From Camelus dromedarius (lineage: Eukaryota), in NCBI RefSeq assembly GCF_036321535.1, contig NC_087436.1:98210001-98274000 (forward strand): 64,000 bases of DNA, in the 5' to 3' direction. The notes below the pieces were generated by a model that searched no databases, was not told where the DNA came from, and worked only from the letters and a program-made list of their open reading frames with translations. The position numbers and the translations under genes were made by a program. Shown here piece after piece: positions 52,325 through 64,000 of the stretch (positions within the stretch are counted from its first letter, which is position 1; the number at the start of each line of letters is the position of its first letter).

Positions 52325-52880
52325 AAAGCATAATGATTAAGAGCATGAATTCTAAAGCCAAACAGCCAGAATTCCAACCTATCCCTGCTAATTGTGTAAT
52401 GTTAACATCCTTGTTCTTATCTGTAAAATTGAGGGAATAATGGTTCTTTTTTTTTTAAAACGTTTTTTATTGATTTATAATCATTTTACAATGTTGTGTC
52501 AAATTCCAGTGTAGAGCACAATTTTTCAGTTATACATGAACATATATATATTCATTGTCACATTTTTTTCTCTGTGAGCTACCATAAGATCTTTTATATA
52601 TTTCCCTGTGCTATACAGTATAATCTTGTTTATCTGTTCTACATTTTGAAATCCCAGTCTATGCCTTCCCACCCCCTGCCCCCTTGGCAACTACAAGTTT
52701 GTATTCTATGTCTATGAGTCTGTTTCTGTTTTGTATTTATGCTTTGTTTGTTTGTTTGTTTGTTTGTTTGTTAAGGGAATAATAGTTCTGACCTCACAGT
52801 GCTTTGGTGAGGATTGAAGAAGTTAATCCTTGTAAAACACCTGGAATGGTGCTTAATTAGACAGTTATTAATATTCAACA
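52325..52880 (+). mobile_element. MIR split by an L1 insertion
   Basis: gcataatgattaagagcatgaattctaaagcc...atctgtaaaattgagggaataat [L1] ...acctcacagtgctttggtgaggatt. Confidence 0.8.
52448..52773 (-). mobile_element. Young L1 3' end with 16-bp TSD and (TTTG)n at the 5' junction
   Basis: TSD agggaataatggttct (52432-52447) / agggaataatagttct (52774-52789). Confidence 0.9.
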
Positions 52881-53197
52881 TATTAAACATTTAGTAACTA
52901 TTAGTTACCACTACTACAATTTTGTTGTTGCTAGTATCATCATATTATTATTGTTAGACACAAGAGAATATTCCAGGAGCATTCATGTCTTATTCAAATA
53001 CATAGAACCAACTATTCTCCAAGCATGTAAGATTATTTTTAGTGTGAATTTCTTATTAGATTCCTAAATCCAGAAATAAGAGAGCATAGAAGAGTTGTAG
53101 ACAAGAGTGCCACTGAAGTGCAAAACATATCTCTTATTTGGAGTTACGAGATTTTATTGACCCTTTCAATATAATTTTATGGCAATGCCCTCTAATG

Positions 53198-54775
53198 TTT
53201 TAAACAGCTTTTGAGATATAATTTACATACCATAATTTATCCATTTAAAGTGTACAATTGGACAATTGAACAGGTTTTAGTATATTCACTGAGTTGTGCA
53301 CTATTACCACAGTCAATTTTAGAACATTTTCATCAACCCAATAAGAAATCTTATACCTATTAACAGTCACTTCTAACCTGCATAGCCCTTAAACAACCTT
53401 TCTGTGTCTATAGGTCTGTCTGTTTTGGATATTTCATATAAATAGAATTGCATAATATATGACTGTTAGTTTACTTAGAATAATATTTTCAAGGTTCATG
53501 TATTTTGTAGCATTTATCATCAACTTATTCATTTTTATTGCCAAATACTATCTCACTGTATGGCTATACCACATTTCATTTATCCATTCATCAGTTGATG
53601 GACATTTAGATTGTTTACACTTTTTGGTTGTTAGGAATAATGCTGCCATCAACATCCACTTACAATAATTTGTGTAAATAATATTTCTCTTGTGTTTCCA
53701 CTCAGAGTGGAATTTCTGAGTCTTATAGTACTTCTATGTTTAGAATTTTGAGAAATTTCCAAGTTGTTTTCCATAGTGATTGAACCATTTTACATTCCCA
53801 TCAACGATGTATAATGATTCCAATTTCTCTACATCTTCTCAAACATGTGTTATTATCTTTTTTTAAATTATTATAGCTCTCCTATTAGGTGTGAAGTAAC
53901 GTAACATTTTGGTTTTAAATTGCATATCCCTTAATAATAATGATGTTGAACATCTCTTCATGTGCTATTGTAGATATATGTATATAAAATATACATGTAG
54001 GAGATATATAAATATCTATTCAAATCATTTGCCTATTTTGGGAGTTGTCTTTTTATTACTGAGTTGTAAGAGTTGTGTATACAAGTTCTTTATCAGATGT
54101 GATTTGCAAATATATTATCTCATTCAGTGTTTCACCTTTCAATTTCTTAATGGTGTCCTTTCAAACACCTTTTTAACTTTGAGGAAGTCCACTTTACATT
54201 TTTATTTTGTCATTTGTGCTTTTGGTATTATATCTAAGAAACCATTGCCTATTCCAAAGCCATGGAGATGGACTATTTTCTTCTACAATTGTTAGAGTCA
54301 TTCCTTTTACATTTAGGTATATGATTTGTATTGAAATAACTTTTGTATATGGTTTAGGATGGGACTCAAACTTTTTTTTTTTTGCATCTGAACATACAGT
54401 TGTTCTAGTACCATTTGATGAACAATCCAGATTTTCTCCATTGAATTTTCCAAACACTTGAAAGTTAATTAACCATATATGTTAAGTGCTTATTTCTAGA
54501 CTCTCAGTTCTGTTCCATTTATCTATATGTCTTTCCTTATGCCAGTACCACAAATTCTTGACTACTGTAGCTTTGTAGTAAATTTTGAAATAAGAAAGTG
54601 GAATCCTTCCATCTCCATTCTTTTTAAAGATCATTTTGGCTATTTTGAGTCTCTTGCATTTGCATATGAATTTTCCATTAGGCTTGTAATCAACTGCAAA
54701 ATATCCAGATGGGATTTTGATAGAGATTGTGTTGATCCTAATTTTCATGTAGTTCATGATTTCGTCAATATTTAA
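53198..54775 (-). mobile_element. L1MB-like 3' portion
   Basis: ORF 54482-54757 (FKIYYKATVVKNLWYWHKERHIDKWNRTES) is an L1 ORF2 remnant; 3' end aacagcttttgagatataatttacatacc. Confidence 0.92.
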
Positions 54776-54950
54776 CCTTTTCTTCTACAGTGACATATAT
54801 CAGAATGCCTCTCACCTTTTAAAGTGTCATTCTTAATGGTTGATTATTCTCTTTGAACAATAATGATTCTAGCAATATTTTATAATGGCCTGTGCAGATT
54901 ACATTTTCTAATTAGATATACAGGTAGAGATTGATCTAGTATTGATAAGC

Positions 54951-55414
54951 ATTTTTTAACTGAAGTATAGTTTATTTACAATGATGTATTAATTTCTGGT
55001 GTACAGTATAATGACACCTATATATTCCTTTTCATATTCTTTTCCATTATAGGCCTTTATAAGGTATTGAATATAGTTCCCTGTGCTATACAGTAGGATT
55101 TTTTGTTTATCTGTTTTATATATAGTAGTTAGTATTTGCAAATCCTGAACAACTCTCAGTTTATCCCTCCCTACTCCTTTCCCTCCCTGGTAACCATAAA
55201 TTTGTTTTCTATGTCTCTGAGTCTGTCTCTGTTTTATAAATAAGTTCATTTGTGTTCTTCTTTTTATGATTCCTTATATTAGTGATGTCATATGGTATTT
55301 TTATTTCTCTTTTTGGCTACTTCACTCGCTTAGTATGATGATTTCCAGGTCCATTCACGTTGCTGCAAATGTCATGATTTTATTCTTTTTTATAGCTGAA
55401 TAGTATTTCATTGT

Positions 55415-55460
<46 letters not shown>

Positions 55461-56407
55461 AACTTCTTTATCCAGTTATCTCTTAATGGACAGTTAGGTT
55501 ACTTCCATGTCTTGGCTATTGTAAATAGTTGCTGCTATGAGCATTAGGTGCATGTATCTTTTCAAATTAAGAGTTTCCTCTGGATATATGCCCAGGAGTG
55601 GAATTATTGGACCATAGGGAAATCTATTTTTATTTTTTTAAGGAATCTCCATATTGTTTTCCATGAATCCTGCACAAAAATACATTCCCACCAATATTGT
55701 AAGAGGGTTCCCTCTTCTCCACACCATTCCAGCAAGTAACATTTGTGGAATTTTTAATGATGGCCAGTCTGACCGGTGTGAGGCGATACCTCGTTGTAGT
55801 TTTGATTTTCATTTCTGTAATAGCAACATTGAGTATTTTTTCATGTACCTATTGGCCATTTGTATGTCTTTATTGGAGAAACATTTATTTAATTTTTCTT
55901 CCCACTTTTGTATTTTTTTTTATGTTATTGAGTTGTATGAGCTGTTTGTATATTCTGGAAATTAAGCCCTTGTCAGTAGCATTGTTTGCAAATATTTTCT
56001 CCCATTCTGTACGTTGTCTTTTTGTTTTATTTATGGTTTCCTTTACTGTGCAAAAGAGTATAAATTTAATTAGGTCCCATTTGTTTGTTTTTGCTTTTCT
56101 TTCTATTACCTTAGTAGACTGTGGTAGGAAAACATTGCTATGATTTATATCAGAAAGTATTTTACCTATGTTTTCTTCTAGGAGATTTATAGTATCTTGT
56201 CTTATGTTTAAGTTTTTATGCCATTTTAAGTTTATTTTTGTGTATGGTGTGAGGGAATGTTCTAATTTCATTGATTTACATGTGGCTGTCCAGCTTTCCC
56301 AACACCACTAGTTGAAGAGATTGTCTTCTCCATTGTATATTCTTGCCTTCTTTGTCAAAGACTAATTGACTATAGATGTGTAGGTTTATTTCTGAGCTGT
56401 CTCTTCT
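54951..56407 (-). mobile_element. 5'-truncated L1 with 20-bp TSD
   Basis: ORF 55885-56271 (LTPYTKINLKW...LLEENIGK...KWDLIK...EWEKIFAN) is L1 ORF2. TSD gagattgatctagtattgat (54927-54946) / gagattgatctactattgat (56408-56427). Confidence 0.95.
55417..55458 (+). repeat. (GT)21 microsatellite inside L1
   Basis: Read directly. Confidence 0.97.
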
Positions 56408-58041
56408 GAGATTGATCTACTATTGATTGAAAGACTTTTTCAATAATTCTTATATCTTCACTGAAAAATATACTCATTGACATAGTAATAAATGATTATA
56501 ACTACAACCAAGGAATATCCAAAAATTGTATTTTCTTTCATTTTTTTCTGTAGAAATTTTTATCCTTTCCAAATTTCTAACCATACTGGTGAAATAGTTC
56601 TTCATTCTATGTATTGTAGGAACTTTCTGTGTTATTACATATTTATTTCACTTATAGTTGGACATAAGGTTTTAAAATCTGTGATTTTTAAGTATTTTTA
56701 GGCAGAGTCATTAGTTAAAACATCATGTTTTATTTTGAAAATGCCAAATAAATATTCCAGATTATTACACTTGAAAAGAAAAGTGTTTTTTTTTAATATA
56801 TGGGCTTAAGAGTATACAGAGCTGTCATTCACAATTTTTAAAAAAATTGTATGTAACTGCCTTAATTGGGATATTATCACCAACTCATAATTTTATCTTA
56901 TGCTTAAATAAGTATAAAGCATAATTCATTTTCCAAGCAAAGTTAGAGTAGTACTACTATATTGTGGTTTTAACTGTGGTTGGTCTAAGGATGAATCACT
57001 TGTCCTAACAATAATAAAATCAAATTTGAGCACATGCTGTAATAACATTCATCCTTCATATTCATGTTTTGTCATATGATGTGATTTTAATAATGTGATT
57101 CTCAAATCTACTATGATAAAGGACTGATCATTTGAGAATTTTTGTCACCTGGATGATATAATTTTGGTTCTAGTTGGTAGCACCAGAAGCTTATTTTTAG
57201 AGAGGTGACCTATTCCTCAACAATGGACATCTATAGTAGGGATGAAGAATGGCTGATACCACCCATAAAATAGCCTTACACTGTTCATGAGGCAGTGACT
57301 TAAAATGGTAGTGTAAGCCTTGAGGGCAATGCTGTAGACATCAATCTTAAAGTGTGTTCTGTGTGTAATAAATATTGACTGGCATCATAGTTTGGTCCTT
57401 CCACTCATAATTTTTGGAACTCCAGTCCCTTTAGTATTTATGTCATTTTTTGATTTAAGAAAGGTATTCATGGAAGAACATTAATTCTTTTCCAGTCATG
57501 AGCAGGCCCACCTTTCCTACACAACTCCAGAGTAATTCAGCCAACGACTCCAGTATCACCTGGTCTAATCTCTCATGTCATGTTTCTGCCTCACCTGTAC
57601 TCATCTCAAGGGGTAGTTCAGTTACCATTAGGAAATATTACAAGAAGTACTCTTCTCCCTTGGTGAATGTGGAATATAGATATAAGTAATGATAAATGAC
57701 TTTATAGACCATTTCATCCCAAGATTACCTTGCCATACTGATTAATAATATAGCTCTATTTATAAGGCCAGAGTGCCAAAATTACACAGTATACTAGTGA
57801 CTGAAATTAATTATTGTGTTTACTAAAGAGTGGGAAATTTGGAAGAATGAAAAAAAAAGACAGAACCAATAAGTAAAGAATGAGTTAAGGTGAGATATCC
57901 TGTCTCTAATTAAAATGAAGCAAATATGGTTATAAGGAAATTTATTAAGTTAATAAAAGAAATAATTGATAATAAGTTAATCAATACCCTATAATTAAAA
58001 TTATAAACAGTACTATACAGAATGAATGTATTATGCTCTAA

Positions 58042-58240
58042 CTGTATGTCAAGTGGATTTCTAAGTCTGTTTGTGCAGTTTTAACAAAATACCATAAGCT
58101 GAGTAACTTGGAAGCAACAGAAATTTATTTCTAACAGTTTTAGAGGCTGAGAATTCTAAGATCCTCACATGGTAGAAGAGACAAGGGAGCTCTCTGAGCC
58201 CCCTTTGAAAGGTCACTAAAGTCATTCATGATGGGTTCTT
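58042..58240 (-). mobile_element. MaLR (MLT1A/C-like) LTR fragment
   Basis: taacaaaataccataagctgagtaactt...cagaaatttatttctaacagttttagaggctgagaattctaagatc. Confidence 0.75.
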
Positions 58241-59024
58241 AGTAATTTAATTTTCAATTTTAACCTTCGTTTAAGTATATCAAGTTGCTGTGGCATTTAG
58301 ATTTTGTTGAAATATTTAAATGAATTATGTCGTAATTTTATGGTTAAATTTAGTATTTCTACTACATCAGAAATTACATCTACAACTGATTGAATTTATG
58401 ACAACTATTTCTGATGTTAACCTAAATATACATGAGGGGATACGTATACACAAACATGCATATATTAAAAATTATGTATTAAAAATATATATTCAAAAAT
58501 ATATATATATTTAAAACTCTTGAGGAGATATTAAAGCACAATGGTTTAAAGGTTATTAAATACTTTTACATTTGTTAGAGGTACTTAAGTATAAGTAGAA
58601 GTATGGTCTATGTACCTTAAGAATTTAAATGCAAAATTTAGGATTAAGTGTTTCTTTTTTCAAATTATTCTCTTATCAGTAATTATCATGAGGTTATCAG
58701 ATCAGTGAGTTAAAGTTGTATAAAATTGTGTAAAGTTGTTTAAAATATATCCATACGGTGCTGAATTGGATCACATTTCTCAGTTTTGACAAAGTAATGA
58801 TATTATAAAAATAAAATTTAACACTCTAAATTTGTTGGAATTTGTCTTTATAAAAACTGTAAAATGAACATACAAGAAATGTCTTTGCTTTAAAAACATT
58901 ATTTGCAAAACAGTCACCTTCCTTTATATGCTTTGATTTCCCATTAAAATTTAATTCATAAATCATATACAGAAACTATTTCTAAAAAAAAAATGCTGTC
59001 TCCTCAGCTACCTGGTTAGAATAT

Positions 59025-62000
59025 TTTTATTATTTTATTTTTTGTGGCAAAGACACAACATTAGATCTACTCTCTTCAAGTTTTAAATGTGCAATACATC
59101 ATTTTTGGCTAGAGCTATACCGCTGTACATCAATTTCGAGTTTATTCATCTTGCTTAACTGAAACTTTTTGGCCCTTGATTACTAATTCCACATTTCTCC
59201 CTCACCCTAGCCCCTGGCAACTACTATTCCATTCTTTGGTTCTATGAATTTGGCTATTTTAGATATTTCATCTCAGCAGAATCATGCAGTATTTGTCTAT
59301 CTATACCTGACTGACTTTACTTACCATGATATCCTCTGGGTTCATTTATGTTGTTGCACATTTCAGAATTCCCTCAGCTTTTAAAAGTTGAATAATACTC
59401 CATTGTATTTATATGCGACATTTTCTTATTCATTCATATGTTGGTGGACATTTGGTTCTTGCCACATCTTGACTGTAATGCAGTGAACATAGGAGTGCTA
59501 ATTAATATTTCTTAGGGATCCTGATTTCAGGTACTTTGAATATATACCCAAGCATGGAATTACTGGATCATATGATAGTTTTGTTTTTAATTTTTTGAGA
59601 AACCTCCATAATTTTCCACATCAGTTGCACTATTTGCATTCCCACCACCAGTTTTGAAAGTGGTCCAACTTTTCCACTTCCTCTCCAAAACTTGTTTTTG
59701 TTTTTGTTTTTGATAACAGCCATTATGTCAGGTGTGAGGTGACATCTCATTGTGGTTTTGATTTGCATTTCCATAATGATTGGACATTGAATCATCATGG
59801 AAATGATGTTGAGTATTTTTCATACACTTGCTGGATATTTGTTTGTCTTCTTTAGAAAAATGTTTATTGAAGTCAATAGCCCAATTTTAAATCAGATTAT
59901 CACTTTGTTTTGTCATTATTGTTTTTAAACTGTTGAGTTGTAGAAGTTTCTTCTATATTTTGGAGATTAACCCGTTACTGGATATGTGGTTTGCAAATAC
60001 TTTCTCCCAGTCCATGAGTTGCCTTTTTCCTCTGTTGATTCTCTCCTTTCCTGTGCAGAAGCATTTTGTTTGGTGTATTCCCATTTGTTCATTTTTGGTT
60101 TTTTGTGTGTGATTTTGGTATCATATCCATGAAAAAATTCTCACAGCTAATGTTTGAAATGGTCTCCATATTGTTAATTTCTAGAAGTTTTACAATTTCA
60201 GGTATTTTAAGTATTTAAGTAATCTTGAGTTGATTTTTGTGTATGGGATTAATATGGTAAGAGTCCAATTTCATTCTTTTGCACATGGATACCCATTTTT
60301 TCCCAGCACCATTTGTTCAAGGCACTATCCTTTCCCCATTGTGTATTCTTGTCACCCTTGCAGATCAGTTGACTGTGGATTGTATGAGTTTATTTCTGGG
60401 TTCTCTATTCTTTTTTATTGGTCTCTATGTCTGTCTTTATGCTAGTACTATATTGTTTTAGTTACTATAGTTTTGTAGTATCTTTTGAAAGAAGGTAGTG
60501 TGATGCCTCTAGCTTTGTTTTTCTTTCTCTAATTTGATTTGGCACTTTTTGATTTTTTTGAGATTCTATGTGAATTTTAGAATTGTTTTGACAGGGATTG
60601 CCTTGAATCTGTTTATCATATTAGATAGTATAGACATTTTAACAATATTATGTATTCCAAATATAAATTCCCGTAAAAGTGGAATATCTTTCCTTTTGTT
60701 TGTGCGAATTGTTTTCACCATACTTTATTGTTAGTGTATAGAAATGCAACTGATTTTTGTATGTTGATCTTGTATCCTGCAACTTTATTGAATTTGTTTA
60801 CTAGTTCTAAGAGGTTTTTAATGGAATTTTTAGAGTTTTATATATATACTTGATGCTGTCTATAAACACAGACATTTTATTTCAATGTTTATCCCTTTTC
60901 AATTTGGGTGCCTTTTAATTATTTTTCTTGTCTATTTGATTTGACTAGATTTCTGGTACTATGTTCACTAAAAGTGATGACAGTGGTTATCCTTACCTTG
61001 TACCTGGTTTTAGAGAAAAACCTTTCATTTTTTTATCAATGAAAAGGATGTGGCTTTTTTATATATTTTAATAACATTGATGTAATTTCTTTCTAGTCTT
61101 AGTTTGTTGAAAGTTTTTATCATAAAAGAGTGTTGAATTTTGTTAACGGATTTTTTGTATCTGAAATAATCATGTGGTTTTATATTTTATTCTGTAAATG
61201 TAGTGGATTATATTAATTGATTTGTATATGTTGAATTATCCCTGCATCCCAGGTATAGATCCCAATTGGACAGAGTATATGATCCTTTAATTGTATTATT
61301 GGATTTAGTTTGCTAGTATTATGTTGAGACTTTTTTTTTACTCTATATTCATCAGAGATCTAGGTCTATAATTGTCTTTACTTGCGATGTCTTTGTCTAG
61401 CTCTGGTATCAGAGTAACTCTGGCCTCATATAATCAGTTTGAACATTTTCCCTCCTTCTTTATTTTTTGGAGGAACTTGAGAAGTGTTGATATTAATTCC
61501 TTCTTAAATGTCTGGGAGAATTTGTCAATGAAGCCACTTGGTCTTGAGCTTTTTTTGATTGCTAACTCAATCTGCATACTAGTTATAGATCTGCTTTCTA
61601 TTTCTTCATGATTTGGTTTTGGTAGTTTATATGTTTCTATGAATTTATTTATTTCTTCTAGATTACCTAGTTTCTTGACATATGATTGGTCATAATAGTT
61701 TTTTGTGATTGTTTTTATTTCTGTGATATCATTTGTAATGTCTCCTATTTTATTTCTAATTTTTTTTGAGTGTGCTCTCTTTTTTCTTAGTCTAGTGAAA
61801 GGTTTGTTAATTTTGTGTCCCTTTCATAAGAGAACACAGTTTTATTGACCATTTCCATTGTTTTGCAATTTTTTATTTTATTTCAGATCTAGTCTTTGTT
61901 ATGTCCTTTACCTGGTAACTTTTGGCTTATTTTGCCCTTCTTTCTCTAGTTCCTTTAGGTATAGAGTTAGGTGATTTATTTGATATCTTTCTTCTTTTCT

Positions 62001-63655
62001 AGTTTAAGTGTTTACCACTATGAACTTTCTTCTTAGTACTGCTTTTGCTGAATTTCATAAGTTTTGGTATGTTGTGTTTTCATTTTTGTCTTGAGGTATC
62101 CTTTTTTTTTTTTTTTTTTTTGGATTAGTGGATGGTCAGGACTGTGCTGTTTAATTTCCACATGTCTGCGAATTTTTCAGTTTTCATTCTACCAATGATT
62201 TCTAGTTTCATTCCATTGTGATCAGAAAAGATACTCGATAAGGAATATTTTATTTTATTTATTTTATTAAGATTTGTTTTGTGACCTAACATGGGCTCTA
62301 TCCTGCTTAAAGAACTGTGGGCTATTGAGAATAATGTGTGTTCTGCTCTTGTTGAGTATATTGCTGTACATATATATATTTTAAGTCCATTCACTTTAGT
62401 GTTTTCAAGCCCTCTTTTTCCTTATTGATTTTCCGTCTGAATGGTCTGTCTATTAATGAAATTTCTTACTATTATTGTATCACTGTGTGTTTCTCTCTCC
62501 AGTTCTGCTAATATTCACTTAATATATTTAAGTGTTCTGATGCCAGGTACATATATATTTATATTTGTTACACCTTCTGAGTGGATTTTGTCATTTTATC
62601 ATAACATTGTATTTTTCTTTTTCTCTTGTTAGAGTATTTGATTTAAAGTCTATTTTTTCTAATACAACTATGGCCATTCCTGCTCTTTTTTGGTTTCCCT
62701 TTGCATGGAGTATCATTTTCTTCCTTCACTTTCAGCCAATGCGTGCCCTTAAATCTAAATTGAGTTTCTTATACACAGCGTATAGTTGACTCTTACTTTT
62801 TTATCCATTCAGCCACCTTCTGACATAATTGGGGAGTTTGACTGATTTATATTTAAAGTAATTATTAATAATGATGGACTTATTACCATTTTGTTAGTTA
62901 TTTTCTTTTAGTATTATAGTTTGTCTGCCTTTTATTCTCTTGATGTCTCTCTTGATATTTGTTGATTTTTTTTCTATTGATGTGCTTTGACACATTTTTA
63001 TATTTTATAACTTCTATAGGGATAGTTTTCCTAGGGACTTACATGAAATATCTTGCAATTTAACAGAATATGTTAAGCTGATAGCAACTTAAGTCCGATC
63101 ACATACAAAAACTCTGTATTTCTACTTTGTCCATTCCACACTTTGTTATTGTTATTATAATTTACATTATTCATATTTGTGTATTTTAGCATAGTTTAAA
63201 ATTTAGTTAATACTTTTAAAACATTTTTATTAGAATTATAAGTGATTGACTCACCACCATTATGGTAATACGGTTTTTTGTATCTGTCTATGTATCTTTG
63301 CTGACAAGCTTCATACTTCCTTCTGCTATCATTTTGCTATTGAGTGTCCTTTCATTTCAATTTGAAGAACTCTCTTATCTTTCCTTATAAGGGAGGTCTA
63401 GTTGGGATTAATTCCCTCATCTTTTGTTTTTCTGAAAATGTCTTTATCTCCCTTTTATACTGGATGTAGTATTCTTCATTGGCATTTTTAGTTCAGTACT
63501 TTGAATATATCATTCCACTTCCTTTTGGCCTGCAAGGCTTTTACTTTCCACTGATAGTCTTATGGGGGTTGCCGTGTATATAAGCCACTTTTCTCTTGCT
63601 GTTTTTAGCATTCTTTTTTTGTCTTCAACTTCTGACAATTTGATTATAATGTGTT
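59025..63655 (-). mobile_element. Long decayed L1 (L1MA-like 3'UTR through ORF2 endonuclease and upstream)
   Basis: ORF 59568-59798 ([14 protein letters not shown]) and ORF 62125-62394 (AEHTLFSIAHSSLSRIEPMLGHKTNLNK...IFSDHNGMKLEI) are L1 ORF2 segments in colinear order. Confidence 0.93.
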
Positions 63656-64000
63656 TGTCTTAGTCTGTTCAGGCTGCTGTAACAGAATACCATAGACTAG
63701 GTGGCTTGTAAACAATGGAACATTATTTATTGTAATTCTGGAGCCTGGGAAGCCTAAGATTAAGGTGCCAACAGATTTGGAGTCTAGTGAGAGCGTGCTT
63801 CCTAGTTCACAGACAGCTGTCTTCTCATTGTGTCCTCACATGGCAGAATGGACAAAGGAGATTTCTAGAGTCTCTTTTATAAGAGCACTATTCCAATTTA
63901 TAAGAAGTATACTCTCAGGACCTAAGCAGCTCCCAAAGGCCCCACCTCTAAATATCATCACATTGGGGATTAAGTTTCAACATATGAATTGGATTGGAGA
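63656..64000 (-). mobile_element. MaLR LTR (MLT1A-like), running to the window edge
   Basis: tgtcttagtctgttcaggctgctgtaacagaataccatagactaggtggcttgtaaacaa. Confidence 0.88.

Noticed and set aside
55885..56271. 128-aa ORF as a gene
   Set aside because: It is a fragment of L1 ORF2 in a 5'-truncated, frameshifted element. The same applies to the ORFs at 30624, 54482, 59568 and 62125.
58711..58746. 10-bp periodic taaa(g/a)ttgtN repeat (also the 16-bp tandem at 50687-50718)
   Set aside because: Low-complexity AT-rich slippage products with no evident function.

Overview
AT-rich mammalian genomic DNA, most likely from a camelid (alpaca/camel). This rests on a Vic-1-type tRNA-derived SINE at ~42.55-42.69 kb and several young L1 3' ends. 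I find no credible protein-coding gene: the recognisable ORFs are decayed L1 ORF2 or ERV-L pol fragments, and the rest look like chance ORFs. Much of the window is interspersed repeats (L1, L2, MIR, MaLR/ERVL/ERV1 LTRs, hAT and Tigger DNA transposons). It looks like a gene desert or a very large intron, and L1s are mostly on the minus strand. Main observations: (1) an ERV1-type LTR at 22.4-22.9 kb carries three perfect GGTCAnnnTGACC estrogen-response palindromes, apparently built by local duplication around a 40-bp segment with a near-copy 1.8 kb away; (2) a probable L1 3' transduction (~280 bp with its own ATTAAA, poly(A) and target-site duplication, TSD) is nested in a solo LTR at 30.1-31.2 kb; (3) there are nested and same-site insertions with readable TSDs; (4) two repeat-free, motif-rich enhancer candidates lie at 16.4-17.1 kb (SOX-POU composite) and 31.65-32.45 kb. 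Repeat family names come from recalled consensus sequences, not a database search, and most repeat boundaries are approximate.
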